From Bdellovibrionota bacterium (lineage in GTDB: Bacteria; Bdellovibrionota_C; UBA2361; CALJRW01): 64,000 bases of DNA. The stretch covers positions 17,608 to 81,607 of the forward strand of contig JBGSMD010000020.1 of assembly GCA_041740355.1 (NCBI GenBank), in the 5' to 3' direction. A program made the translations under genes and the position numbers. Below are positions 19,616 to 29,649 of the stretch, piece by piece. Numbering within the stretch: position 1 is the first letter of the stretch; each line of letters starts with the position of its first letter. The notes under the pieces were generated by a model, which worked only from the letters and a program-made list of their open reading frames with translations, ran no database searches and was not told the origin of the DNA.

Positions 19616-19957
19616 TTATTTTCCTAAACAACGAAAGTCATCTAACTGTGAATCTGTTAAAGCCGAAGTATATTCTTCATTAATTTTTACAAATTCTTGA
19701 AAGTCCCCGGGAACTGCACTGTCTTCATATATTGCTTCTACAGGGCATTCAGTTTCACAAGCACCACAATTAATACATTCATCTGGATGAATCATTAACA
19801 TTCCAGCACCTTCATCCCCATCATTGCCTTCAAAAGCAACTCCATATTTTTCATTCAAAGCAATTTTTTTAAAATTATAGAAGCAATCAACAGGACAAAC
19901 CTCAACACAAGATCGATCTTTGGTCCCTAAACAAGGTTTGGTAACTACGTAAGCCAT
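19616..19957 (-). CDS. 7Fe-type ferredoxin
   Basis: Start at MAYVVTKPC; CVEVCPVDC and ECINCGACETECP motifs. Confidence 0.9.
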   Translation of the reverse strand: MAYVVTKPCLGTKDRSCVEVCPVDCFYNFKKIALNEKYGVAFEGNDGDEGAGMLMIHPDECINCGACETECPVEAIYEDSAVPGDFQEFVKINEEYTSALTDSQLDDFRCLGK

Positions 19958-20019
19958 TTCTGAAAAATTAAGATAAACTGATATACCTACTTGTAACAAC
20001 AGTTGGTGATTATTTCAAC

Positions 20020-20126
20020 ACGTCTTCGCTAAAGCTTCGGCGTGGCAAGCCCTGCCTTCGCCATCCTAAATTTCTAGTAGAATTATGACTAAAAAGCTTC
20101 GACGCAACAAGCATTGGCGAAGGTGG
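20020..20126. repeat. REP-like GC-rich palindromic remnant
   Basis: CTTCGCTAAAGCTTCGGCGTGGCAAGCC; second AAAGCTTCGACG; CCTTCGCCA/TGGCGAAGG inverted pair. Confidence 0.5.
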
Positions 20127-20139
20127 AGTCTAATCAGAA

Positions 20140-20168
20140 TTGACTTCAAACAAACGTTTGATTAAATT
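20140..20168 (+). promoter_or_regulatory. sigma70 promoter with PsrA-type operator filling the spacer
   Basis: TTGACT-17 bp-TAAATT; spacer contains palindrome TCAAAC-AAAC-GTTTGA (20146-20161). Confidence 0.75.
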
Positions 20169-20179
20169 ATAGTTAAATT

Positions 20180-20881
20180 ATGGACACAAAAACTAAAATC
20201 TTAAATTCCGCCGAAGAATTATTTGCCGACCAAGGCTTCGAGAATGTTTCCATCCGAGCAATTATAAATAAAGCCTCAGTCAATATCGCCGCTATTAATT
20301 ACCACTTTGGTAATAAGGACGAATTAATTTTTGCTGTAGTGAAAAGAAGAATTATGGAAGTAAATAATTTTCGCGCTACTGGCTTAGAAGCATTGCAAGA
20401 TGAATACCAACAAAAAGCAATTCCAGTTAAAAAAATTATCCATGCATTCATTTATCCGGCATTTAAACACAGCAATTCTGATCAAAAAAATGGTTCAAGG
20501 TTCCTACAATTAATGGGACGGATAATGTCTAACACCTATCCAAATTTAAAATCTCGAGTCTTTGAAGTATTCGATCCAATTGCTCAGGATTATTTGAAGG
20601 AATTAATTAAGGCTATGCCACAAATTAGCGCTGAAGAAGTTTCCCAAAAATTTTATTTCACCATTGGAAGCATGGCTCATATCTTATTAAATCATGCTGA
20701 GACAGACTGTATTAAAAAATCTTATACGGCCGAACGTAGCTTAATGAAAACAGCCGAAGATTTAATTGAATTTTGTTCCGGAGGATTTCAGGCGATGTCT
20801 CCGGATTCACAAATAATCTACACAAAAAATAAATCTAAGACTAAATCTAAGCAACCTTCTGCTCGTCCGCTTGCTGCCTAA
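20180..20881 (+). CDS. TetR/AcrR family regulator, PsrA-like
   Basis: ILNSAEELFADQGF...VNIAAINYHFGNKDEL HTH. Confidence 0.9.
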   Translation: MDTKTKILNSAEELFADQGFENVSIRAIINKASVNIAAINYHFGNKDELIFAVVKRRIMEVNNFRATGLEALQDEYQQKAIPVKKIIHAFIYPAFKHSNSDQKNGSRFLQLMGRIMSNTYPNLKSRVFEVFDPIAQDYLKELIKAMPQISAEEVSQKFYFTIGSMAHILLNHAETDCIKKSYTAERSLMKTAEDLIEFCSGGFQAMSPDSQIIYTKNKSKTKSKQPSARPLAA

Positions 20882-23474
20882 AGTTATGCCGAACTACATT
20901 GCTAGGGTCTAATTTCTTTTCCAAACTACCTACAACATCCTGAGATGTAATTATCTCATTACCTTCGATAGTATAAAATTCTACTCGAATCAGGTTTCCA
21001 TCGCGCTCTACGATTCGAGATCGCTTATCTTGAAGGATTTCTGCTTTGATTTCTGTTCGTTTCTCAACTAAAGTTTCTCCTTGCGAATAGGCATAAACTT
21101 CAGAAATATGCTTATCATCAATTACTAGTTCTTTTTCTTCAAATTCCAAATCTCGCCCTGCACGGTTACCCAATGACGAGCTTGAGTTTAATCGGAACTT
21201 AGCCATGGCCTTCTTAATTGCTTGCTCAACTGCTTCTTTCATTCCTTTTTCTAAGCCTTCACGATAAGCCTTAGTTGCAGCCTCAGAAAGATCATCAGTA
21301 AATTCCTTACTTGTCTTGCCTGCTTTATTAGCAATTTTTTCCATCGATTCTTTATATGCAGGATTGTGGGTTAGAGCTTCATCTAACTGACTACGATAAG
21401 CTTTACCAAAATGCGCCGTTGCGTCAGGCACAAGCTCTTTTTTAATTACTTCTGTAGCTTCTTTGGTTAAGGCTTCAACGATTTCACCATCAGTTGTTCC
21501 ATTATTGAAAGCTTTACTGGAAGCTTTAGACATTTTCTTAGCATCTTTAGCGCTGAACCCGGCGTCAATTAATTTCTGTTTCAGCTCTTTTCCACCATGT
21601 TGGAGATCTTTAAATGTTGCTTCAGCACCTTCCGTCAGGTGCTTGCTTATACCTGATCGCTCTAAGATTTCCTTAGCATTTTGTTGTCCTAACTCTCCTG
21701 CTCGGGTGGCAATTTTCGCAGTAATTTGCCCCGCAGTTTCTTTTGTTACCGCACCAGCGCCTTCTTTGATCACTAAATCAACCGTTTCCTTGCCTAAGAT
21801 TTCGGCACTTTGCTGCGCGACTTCTTTCGCAATTGATTTCGCTCCATTTTTGAGGCCATGCTCTAAAGCTTTTTCAGCTATCTCTTTACCAATCTCTTTA
21901 AATCCTTGTTTTGCTACTTGTTTTAAGGCTTCTTTAGCAATGGTTCCGACAGCGGCATTAGCAATCGTTCCAACACCAGCAGTCCCAACGGTAACAAGTA
22001 ATTTACCACCGCCCAATGCTAAATGCATTGTTGCTTGTGCTGCTTCTAAACCCGCTTCAAGATGACGACCTTGTCCAACAAGAATTAAAGCATTACATCC
22101 ATGCTTCAAACCATAATAAGCATCAGCAACACCTGTAATTTCAGCTGCACATTTTAAACCACCAATAAGTCCATCTTTGGCAATTCTCATGTTCTCCATA
22201 TAGTTTTGATTGGCAACTGCAAAACCACCACCAGGACGAGCAACGTCATAAATATATTGATAAGGAGCTTTTGCTGTCGCCCAGACACCCTTGGCGAGAT
22301 CAGTTAATCCGATGGATTCAGACATTCCTTTGAAAAATGTACCAGTAGCTTTTAAGCTTCCAATAGGATCAGTAACTACTGCATAGATTCCATTACCAAT
22401 TCCCTTAGCTACGTAAACTCCTGCATTTAAAAGCATGTCTCCTGCTTTTACCCAATTTCTAGGATCGCTCACTGCAACTATCGCCTTTCCCGTATATTCT
22501 AAGGCTTTTTGACCTACAGCGACCCAATCGGTCTCAACTGCCAAGTTATAAGCTCCTTTAGCAAGTACACCTACTCCTTTAGCAACAGCTGCTGCACCTT
22601 CAACTATTTTTTCTCCAGCACTAATTATATTTTGTCCAACATCTTTTAAGTTATCCAATTTATTTGAACACCAATTTTTCGCTTCGTAATACTTTCGCTG
22701 AACCCAGTTCAATTCCTTAAATGCAGCTTCTCTTTGTGCGGTGTAACTTTTAATAAATTCATCTTGAATCTGCCTTATCATTTCCGGGGACGCATTAGTT
22801 TTAGCAGCTGTTTGCTCTAAATAAGTCTTAAATTCTTCACTTGTAATTACTCGATTCGGATCATCTTTAAAGTGAGTTTTGGCAATACTGTTTGCCATAG
22901 AACGCACTTCTTGAATTGTCTTTTCGTCCTGCTTTTTTTGAATGGTTTGTTCATTTTCTACTTGGATATTTTGAACTTCTGCGGCACGAATTGCCTCCCG
23001 TCTAGCAGCTTCTCTCTCGAGCTCTTTTTGCGCTTCTTCTCGCTCTCTAGCTTGTTGTAAAGCCACCTCTTGCAGCTCGGCAGCCTTATTACCAGAGGTG
23101 CTATCAATAACTAAATCTCCAGAACGAACTTTTCCCTCTAATTGCTTGGCAAGTTCTCGTTCCTGATTAATCACTGAAGCTTGACTGACACTTAATCCAC
23201 TTGGGGCTTCGGGAGTCGCCTCGGGCAGAGCACGCTCTGCAGCAACTAGCTGATCAACTGTTTTTATAGCGCTGGTAAATGTTTCCTCTTCCAGATCAAA
23301 GTCACCTTTTTTCTTCTTATTTCGCAAATCTCCAAACGGATTAATATCTTTGGCAAATTCATTTCTTGCTTGATGATTAAGTGAGCCGGTACTGAGTGGT
23401 GTGGAGGATGGAGCTGTTGAAGGTTCAGTCGAATTTGTAACTGCTGTGTCTTGTTGAAGTTCTAATTTTGGCAT
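20847..23474 (-). CDS. Large Ala/Lys/Glu-rich coiled-coil protein with a central hydrophobic Gly/Ala segment (candidate secreted translocator/pore-former)
   Basis: 875-aa ORF; Ser/Thr/Pro-rich N-terminus without signal peptide; segment LALGGGKLLVTVGTAGVGTIANAAVG. Confidence 0.6.
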   Translation of the reverse strand: MPKLELQQDTAVTNSTEPSTAPSSTPLSTGSLNHQARNEFAKDINPFGDLRNKKKKGDFDLEEETFTSAIKTVDQLVAAERALPEATPEAPSGLSVSQASVINQERELAKQLEGKVRSGDLVIDSTSGNKAAELQEVALQQAREREEAQKELEREAARREAIRAAEVQNIQVENEQTIQKKQDEKTIQEVRSMANSIAKTHFKDDPNRVITSEEFKTYLEQTAAKTNASPEMIRQIQDEFIKSYTAQREAAFKELNWVQRKYYEAKNWCSNKLDNLKDVGQNIISAGEKIVEGAAAVAKGVGVLAKGAYNLAVETDWVAVGQKALEYTGKAIVAVSDPRNWVKAGDMLLNAGVYVAKGIGNGIYAVVTDPIGSLKATGTFFKGMSESIGLTDLAKGVWATAKAPYQYIYDVARPGGGFAVANQNYMENMRIAKDGLIGGLKCAAEITGVADAYYGLKHGCNALILVGQGRHLEAGLEAAQATMHLALGGGKLLVTVGTAGVGTIANAAVGTIAKEALKQVAKQGFKEIGKEIAEKALEHGLKNGAKSIAKEVAQQSAEILGKETVDLVIKEGAGAVTKETAGQITAKIATRAGELGQQNAKEILERSGISKHLTEGAEATFKDLQHGGKELKQKLIDAGFSAKDAKKMSKASSKAFNNGTTDGEIVEALTKEATEVIKKELVPDATAHFGKAYRSQLDEALTHNPAYKESMEKIANKAGKTSKEFTDDLSEAATKAYREGLEKGMKEAVEQAIKKAMAKFRLNSSSSLGNRAGRDLEFEEKELVIDDKHISEVYAYSQGETLVEKRTEIKAEILQDKRSRIVERDGNLIRVEFYTIEGNEIITSQDVVGSLEKKLDPSNVVRHNFRQQADEQKVA

Positions 23475-23754
23475 AGCTCGATTTATAGATGAAAATCCTA
23501 TTTTCTAATCTGTCCTAGGTCTTATTTTGCTTCTGTTTCTAAAAGCTACAAATAATAAATAATAAATTCAACAATATTAAGCATTTAGCCATATCGATTG
23601 ATTATGCAAGGTTAATATGATGACATATCATTAGCTGCTAACTTAGCACCCAAATTACAGCATTGCTTTAAATCATCTCCGCTTCTAAGAATTTGCTAAA
23701 TTAAAAATCCTTCTATATAATTCCCTCTCTAATTTTTTAAAGAATAAATTAAAA

Positions 23755-23844
23755 ATGGGCAGTGTAATTAAAAAACGTCGTAAGAAAATGCGTAAACATA
23801 AGCATAAAAAGCTTTTAGCTAAAACACGAAATAGTCGTAAGTAA
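23755..23844 (+). CDS. bS22 / AURKAIP1-COX24 (mS38)-like small basic ribosomal protein, 29 aa
   Basis: MGSVIKKRRKKMRKHKHKKLLAKTRNSRK*, the family signature; below the ORF-track length cutoff. Confidence 0.9.
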   Translation: MGSVIKKRRKKMRKHKHKKLLAKTRNSRK

Positions 23845-24047
23845 CTAAAATTATTACAGGCGTTCACTTTTGTTAAGATAAAATCTCCTTGGTATTTTGA
23901 CCATCGACAAGCTAAATTATAAAAGTGAGCGCTTGGCATATCTTTATCAATTTGCTCCACAAATTACTTCTTTAATCTGATACTGGGTCCTGATGGTCAT
24001 TCATCTTGGTACTAGCAAAAGGCTACATATTATAGACAAATAGGACT

Positions 24048-26237
24048 ATGCTTCTATCTAAGATCAGTCCTGTCTTGTTTTCGATTGCTATTCTTCTTGG
24101 TCTGACAGCTTGTTGTTTTAGTACAATCCACTTTTGGCAGCCCGACGGAGTAATCTTAGTTGGTGGCGCCAAAGAAAAAGCAATCCCATTTATCGTTATC
24201 ATTCTGGCTGCAATTCTTGCTGCTAAATTTCAAATTAAAAACCTAAAACTTATTCCCGAAGTATTTATCTTTGGATTAGTTCTAATCTTCTGTTCTGACT
24301 GGTTATATAATCCTTATGGATTAATGCCGGCTCCAAGCTCTCGGGGAGTAATTCTTTTATTCTCGTTAATTGCCGGATTTTGTCTTGCAATCAAAGCCAA
24401 AATTAATTGGTCATTAGTTGCGATTTCTTGCCTTAGCCTGTTAATCATAAATTTTCTAAATGAGGCCAATGGGCGAATTATTACTTCAGACGATCACGCG
24501 ACCTTCCTGCATCGCTTAATGCAACTACGCGAAAACTTATGGAACATTCCACTTTATGATCCATATTGGAACGCTGGTTATGATCAAAGGTACTTTTTTG
24601 CTACCGGAGCAATTGGTTACTTCTTAATTTCACTTCCACTAACACTTTTTTTTCACCCAACTGAAGTTTATAACTTTTGCTTTATTTTAGCTGCGCTTGT
24701 ACTGCCATTTTTTTCAACATACTTGGCAGCGCGCCTCCTAAAATTTTCAGTTAACGCTTCTTGGATTGCCAGCCTCTTAGTACTTGCTCCAAGTGCCGAG
24801 TGGTATCGCTGGACTTTTCAAACAGGAACGATGGGTTTTGTTGTAGCAACAGGACTGATTCCCCTGAACATCGCTCTTAGTATTAAAATACTAAATACGG
24901 AGGAAAAATTTCCTTTGATTTATGCGCTAACATTAATTTTTACATTCACCACGATGATCTTTTGGAGTATGTCGGGTTTAGTATTTATTCCTTTTATTAT
25001 TCTTGCACTTTTTAAAATATTTACCGCTAAATTACTTAAGAAAAACTATATTAGCTTTGTCTTAGCAAGCTTATTAATTATTAACTTACCTTGGATTGTT
25101 ACTTTCTTATCAGTATCCAAAGTTGGAAGTTTTTTAAAATCAGAACAACAAATCACCCCGGCAACTACCAATGCCGAGGGTCTTACTGCGACAGCTGACC
25201 AACGCTATAAGCACAAAGCTGGTAGTTTCGAATTTCGCAAATCTTTAATTTTGCTTCGAGAATTTACCTCTAATGCTAATCCTCTAATTCTTTTTATGGC
25301 ATTACCAGGAGTATTACTTCTTGCAAAACCATATCGCTGGAAACTAATGACTGTCCTTATTTGGTTAATAGGAACTGCTGTTATCTTATTTCAAATAAAG
25401 CCTCAACTGGAGTTAGATCGTTTCCTCGTAATTGCTTCAGTTTTAGCTTGCTTACCTTGTGCTCTGGCAATTGAAAAAATATTGACTATTAATCACGAAC
25501 TACCCGCTCCAAGGATATTTGGAATAATCAATTCTGCGTTTATTGCGGGATTTTTAGTAGCCGCACCAATTTCTGCTAATGCCTTTATTAATCATCAATC
25601 GCTGATCAACTATAATTTCCAAGGAAACCTAACTCAGCAGCTAATTGCCAATTTAGAACAATACCAAGGAAAAGGCCGGGCCTTATTCTCTGGAATGGTC
25701 ATGCATGAAATAGATGGTGGGCACTTAGCCGCGATTCCCGAGCTTGCCGGCACGCCTACTATTGCTTCCACCTTTTTACATAATGTTTGGAACTACAAGC
25801 AAGTATTCCCTGAGGAAGTCCTAACCAATAAGGATCTTTTTATTCCGGAGTACTTAAACTTAAATAATGTCGTCGTTGTCCTAGCACACGAACCAAGTTG
25901 GATTAACTATTTTCAAAATCATCCAGAGTTATATCAATATAAAAAACAAATCGGCCGTTTCTTTCTTTTTGATTTCCTAGGAGCAACACACACTTATTTT
26001 CAAGAAGGTAGTGGTCAAATCATTCAGCAGACTAATCACAATATTAAATTTAAGCTAGATCAACCTAAGGCGACAATTCGCTTTCGATATTTCCCATTCC
26101 TAGAAACCAATTCAAGCTGTAAGTTATCACCAAAAATTATGCTTGCTGGGCTTAGTTTGATAGAATTAAGTGACTGTCCAATCAATCAAGAAATTATTAT
26201 TAAATCAAAACCAGCGTGGCAAAGAATTTCATTTTAA
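24048..26237 (+). CDS. Polytopic membrane protein, possible GT-C fold glycosyltransferase
   Basis: Many TM segments; first large loop has DDH...WNAGY; soluble C-terminal domain. Confidence 0.55.
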   Translation: MLLSKISPVLFSIAILLGLTACCFSTIHFWQPDGVILVGGAKEKAIPFIVIILAAILAAKFQIKNLKLIPEVFIFGLVLIFCSDWLYNPYGLMPAPSSRGVILLFSLIAGFCLAIKAKINWSLVAISCLSLLIINFLNEANGRIITSDDHATFLHRLMQLRENLWNIPLYDPYWNAGYDQRYFFATGAIGYFLISLPLTLFFHPTEVYNFCFILAALVLPFFSTYLAARLLKFSVNASWIASLLVLAPSAEWYRWTFQTGTMGFVVATGLIPLNIALSIKILNTEEKFPLIYALTLIFTFTTMIFWSMSGLVFIPFIILALFKIFTAKLLKKNYISFVLASLLIINLPWIVTFLSVSKVGSFLKSEQQITPATTNAEGLTATADQRYKHKAGSFEFRKSLILLREFTSNANPLILFMALPGVLLLAKPYRWKLMTVLIWLIGTAVILFQIKPQLELDRFLVIASVLACLPCALAIEKILTINHELPAPRIFGIINSAFIAGFLVAAPISANAFINHQSLINYNFQGNLTQQLIANLEQYQGKGRALFSGMVMHEIDGGHLAAIPELAGTPTIASTFLHNVWNYKQVFPEEVLTNKDLFIPEYLNLNNVVVVLAHEPSWINYFQNHPELYQYKKQIGRFFLFDFLGATHTYFQEGSGQIIQQTNHNIKFKLDQPKATIRFRYFPFLETNSSCKLSPKIMLAGLSLIELSDCPINQEIIIKSKPAWQRISF

Positions 26238-27937
26238 TTTTTATAAATATCCTAGCGATTGCCATTTTATTTTGGTGCGTGATCTTTGCATCAGAAGTGC
26301 AGATTCTTAATCCCTACCTGTTAGTTCAAGAAACATGGGGAGAGAATCACCAAATCATTAATTTGCTCTACAACTCATTTCACAGTTGGAGCTTTGATCC
26401 GCTTCTTAGCCAACTATTACTGCATTATCAAACACCGGCTATTATTATCCCTTACTCCTTATTTTTCTTCTTACTTGGCTGGTTTCTTTTATTAAGAAAA
26501 CAACTTGAAATAACTGGTACTTTTCTGCAAGCAAACTTAAAAAGCTTATTTATTACTTTTGGGATTCTGGCGACACTTGGAGTAATTTTTCAACTCGATT
26601 TAGTCTTACTGACAAGCCTTACTTGGCTTCCGTTTTTTATTTTAGCTACACAAAATTTCCTAGAGAAAAAATTTACAAGTCTGATTTATTTAATACCTGC
26701 TAGCTTGCTATTGATCTTAAGTAGTAATCAGTTAAGTATTCTGTATCTAATCATAATTCTTAGTTGTATCTTGCTTCAAGAACAAAAAAAAACAACCTCG
26801 CTAACTAGAGTAAGCTATCAAAAATTAGTTTTCTTTTTCATATTACTTTGCAGCTGCAGCTACATTCTGTTCTTTCCAAAAACGACATTCTTTGACTATC
26901 TAGTAAATCAACGAGTCCTAACCAAAGATTTTTTGCCAGTTTTGCCGCAGCCATTATTTGGCCCAAGTAGCCCGATAAAATTTCTGGAACTTGATAATAT
27001 TACCAATCAATTAGCTGGTGTGGCGCCCTGCTTATTAATTATCTCAATCTCTTTCCTTTGGATTTTCAAAAAGAATTTAACAGTTTGGCTAGTAATTTTT
27101 TTAAACACCCTGATTTTATTAGATCTGAATACTAGCTATCAATTTAAACATATTTTACCCTTAGAAGCACTAAGTAGGCTAATACCCCATTGGAGTTTTT
27201 TTGCCTTACCAATTTTCTTAACAGCACTAAGTATTAGCGCAGTTATTTACGTTTTAATTACCAATAAAAAATCAGTTTTAATTTTACCATTCTTATCGCT
27301 ACTAGTGGGTAGTCATCAATTATTTAATCAAACTGAACCAAATAAATTACAAAACATTCGTTCTTTAAATGAATTAATTCGGGAAGCCGATTTAAAACAC
27401 TTAAACTCCCCCTCGGCACAAATTATTCTTGCAAATCAATCAGAGAATTTTCACAAATTGTTCAAGCTCCAAAAAAAGCATTTTCGTCCCATTAAGAAGC
27501 TTCACCCAATTATCACTACAAGCAATAACCTAGAAGATACTAAGCTCCTAGCAGACAAAGATCCGACAAGTCATTGGGGTACAAAATTAACAAAACAACT
27601 GGGGGATGAATGGGTAAAACTCACATTTTCTAAACCTGTGGCGATTGAAGGGATTAGCCTTGATTCTGGCTACCGACACACAGATTTTCCAAGAGGATTA
27701 AGAATTAGTTCAAGTGCAGATTGCTCTCAAAATTTGACTGCTAGCCAAACTTTTTTTATGAAAAACCCTTGGAATGGTAGCATAGCCTTTACTAAACTAG
27801 GCTATCCTTATTATACTCACGAAAGTATGGTCAAAGTTTTCTTTCCAAGACAAACTGTAGCATGTCTCAAGATTGAACAAATTGGTGAAAATCAAAATTT
27901 TGATTGGGCAATAAACGAAATTAAATACTTAAAGTAA
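26216..27937 (+). CDS. Polytopic membrane protein with C-terminal discoidin (F5/8 type C)-like domain
   Basis: TM-rich N-terminal two thirds; DKDPTSHW...EWVKLTF...DFPRGL...WAINEI. Confidence 0.6.
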   Translation: MAKNFILIFINILAIAILFWCVIFASEVQILNPYLLVQETWGENHQIINLLYNSFHSWSFDPLLSQLLLHYQTPAIIIPYSLFFFLLGWFLLLRKQLEITGTFLQANLKSLFITFGILATLGVIFQLDLVLLTSLTWLPFFILATQNFLEKKFTSLIYLIPASLLLILSSNQLSILYLIIILSCILLQEQKKTTSLTRVSYQKLVFFFILLCSCSYILFFPKTTFFDYLVNQRVLTKDFLPVLPQPLFGPSSPIKFLELDNITNQLAGVAPCLLIISISFLWIFKKNLTVWLVIFLNTLILLDLNTSYQFKHILPLEALSRLIPHWSFFALPIFLTALSISAVIYVLITNKKSVLILPFLSLLVGSHQLFNQTEPNKLQNIRSLNELIREADLKHLNSPSAQIILANQSENFHKLFKLQKKHFRPIKKLHPIITTSNNLEDTKLLADKDPTSHWGTKLTKQLGDEWVKLTFSKPVAIEGISLDSGYRHTDFPRGLRISSSADCSQNLTASQTFFMKNPWNGSIAFTKLGYPYYTHESMVKVFFPRQTVACLKIEQIGENQNFDWAINEIKYLK

Positions 27938-29649
27938 TGGCTAAAGCGATTGGTAAAATTAGTTTTTTAAAACCTAACAAATATCAAGCTTTTACCGCTG
28001 TCCCCCTTGCCGATCGCACTTGGCCAAATAAACAGATCACTAAGGCGCCCATTTGGTGTAGTGTTGATTTGCGAGATGGAAATCAGGCTTTAATTAATCC
28101 ACTTAGTCCTGATCAAAAACTAGAACTATTTGCAACACTTTGCTCGCTTGGGTTTAAAGAAATTGAAATCGGTTTCCCCTCTGCCTCGCAAGTTGAATAT
28201 GACTTTACTAGAGCAATAGTCGAAAACGATTTAATTCCAGCTGATGTGACCCCTCAAGTTCTTTGCCAAGCGCGAGAGCCGTTAATACGAAAAACTTTTG
28301 AAGCTCTAGTGGGCTACAAAAAAGTAATTTTTCATCTTTATAACTCGACCTCAACTTTACAACGCCGAGTTGTCTTCAATAAAAGCCAGGCTGAAATTAC
28401 TGAGATTGCTACTTCTGCTGTTACACTAATTAAAGAACTTGCCGCTAAACAGAATACGGAAGTCATTCTGCAATACTCTCCGGAAAGCTTTACTGGTACG
28501 GAGTTGGAATTTTCTAAAGAGATTTGTGAAGCAGTGATGCTTAGTTGGGGTGCTTCTCCGACTAAGAGAATGATCTTAAATTTACCATCAACAGTTGAAC
28601 TACACACTCCTAATATCCATGCTGACCAGATTGAATGGTTTACACGCAATGTTAAGAATAGAGACTCATATATATTAAGTTTACATACTCATAATGATCG
28701 TGGCACAGGTATTGCCTCAACGGAATTGGGATTACTTGCTGGAGCAGATCGGGTAGAAGGAACGCTCTTTGGAAATGGTGAACGGACTGGCAATGTTGAT
28801 CTAGTAACCTTAGCACTGAATCTTTTCACGCAAGGGATCGACCCAGAGTTAGATTTTAGTCAAATTGGAAAAGTTAGATCAATTGCCGAACGCCTGACAA
28901 ACTTACCTGTTCACGAGCGCCATCCTTATGCTGGGGATCTCGTCTTTACAGCTTTTTCTGGATCTCACCAGGATGCCATAAAAAAAGGCCTGGATCTAAT
29001 GAAAAATAATACCCCCGAAACTAATGCCCTTTGGGAAGTTCCCTACTTACCGATTGATCCTAATGATATCGGTCGAAGTTACGAAGCAATAATTCGCATT
29101 AATAGCCAATCAGGCAAAGGTGGTATTGCTTTTATTCTGGAAAATGAATTTGCCTATCGTTTACCAAAACCAATGCACCCTGAAGTAAGCCAAGTGATTC
29201 AACTAATTTCAGATTCAACTGGCAAAGAAATTTCTTCCTTGCAAATTAAGGAAGAGTTTTTAGATAAATTTTTAAATCTAAAATCTCCTATTAAATTTTT
29301 AAATTTTAGTCACAATCCTTGTCCCGAAAACCCAGAAACTGTCGATTGTTGTCTAACAGCGGAAATACATGGAGTGGAAAAAATAATTTATGGCAACGGC
29401 AATGGTCCAATCAATGCCTGTAAACATGCTCTGGCAAAATTATTACCCTGCAATTTATCATTGACTGATTTTAGTCAGCATGCCCTATCCTCTGGCAGCA
29501 GTTCCGAAGCTATCTCCTACATTCAAATTAAAGATTTGAATCATGATTTTTCCTGCTATGGAATTGGAATTGATTCCAATACTGATAAGGCTTCAATTAA
29601 AGCTTTAATTAGCGCACTTAACAGAGCTTTGGTAAAACATGCAAATTAA
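27937..29649 (+). CDS. leuA: 2-isopropylmalate synthase (yeast/actinobacterial type)
   Basis: WCSVDLRDGNQAL, YSPESF, HTHNDRG, GNGERTGN, FSGSHQDAIKKG, INSQSGKGG. Confidence 0.96.
   Translation: MAKAIGKISFLKPNKYQAFTAVPLADRTWPNKQITKAPIWCSVDLRDGNQALINPLSPDQKLELFATLCSLGFKEIEIGFPSASQVEYDFTRAIVENDLIPADVTPQVLCQAREPLIRKTFEALVGYKKVIFHLYNSTSTLQRRVVFNKSQAEITEIATSAVTLIKELAAKQNTEVILQYSPESFTGTELEFSKEICEAVMLSWGASPTKRMILNLPSTVELHTPNIHADQIEWFTRNVKNRDSYILSLHTHNDRGTGIASTELGLLAGADRVEGTLFGNGERTGNVDLVTLALNLFTQGIDPELDFSQIGKVRSIAERLTNLPVHERHPYAGDLVFTAFSGSHQDAIKKGLDLMKNNTPETNALWEVPYLPIDPNDIGRSYEAIIRINSQSGKGGIAFILENEFAYRLPKPMHPEVSQVIQLISDSTGKEISSLQIKEEFLDKFLNLKSPIKFLNFSHNPCPENPETVDCCLTAEIHGVEKIIYGNGNGPINACKHALAKLLPCNLSLTDFSQHALSSGSSSEAISYIQIKDLNHDFSCYGIGIDSNTDKASIKALISALNRALVKHAN

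Noticed and set aside
20122-20145. GGTGGAG... resembling a reverse-strand tRNA/tmRNA 3' end
   Set aside because: No T-loop (GTTCGA) or cloverleaf; the sequence is explained by the repeat and the TetR promoter
21463-22065. 200-aa antisense ORF (and similar shadows at 2361, 8235, 18215, 28338, 43412, 44427, 60133)
   Set aside because: Antisense shadows of well-supported genes
23685-23960. 91-aa minus-strand ORF
   Set aside because: Antisense to the bS22-like gene, which has a clear family signature
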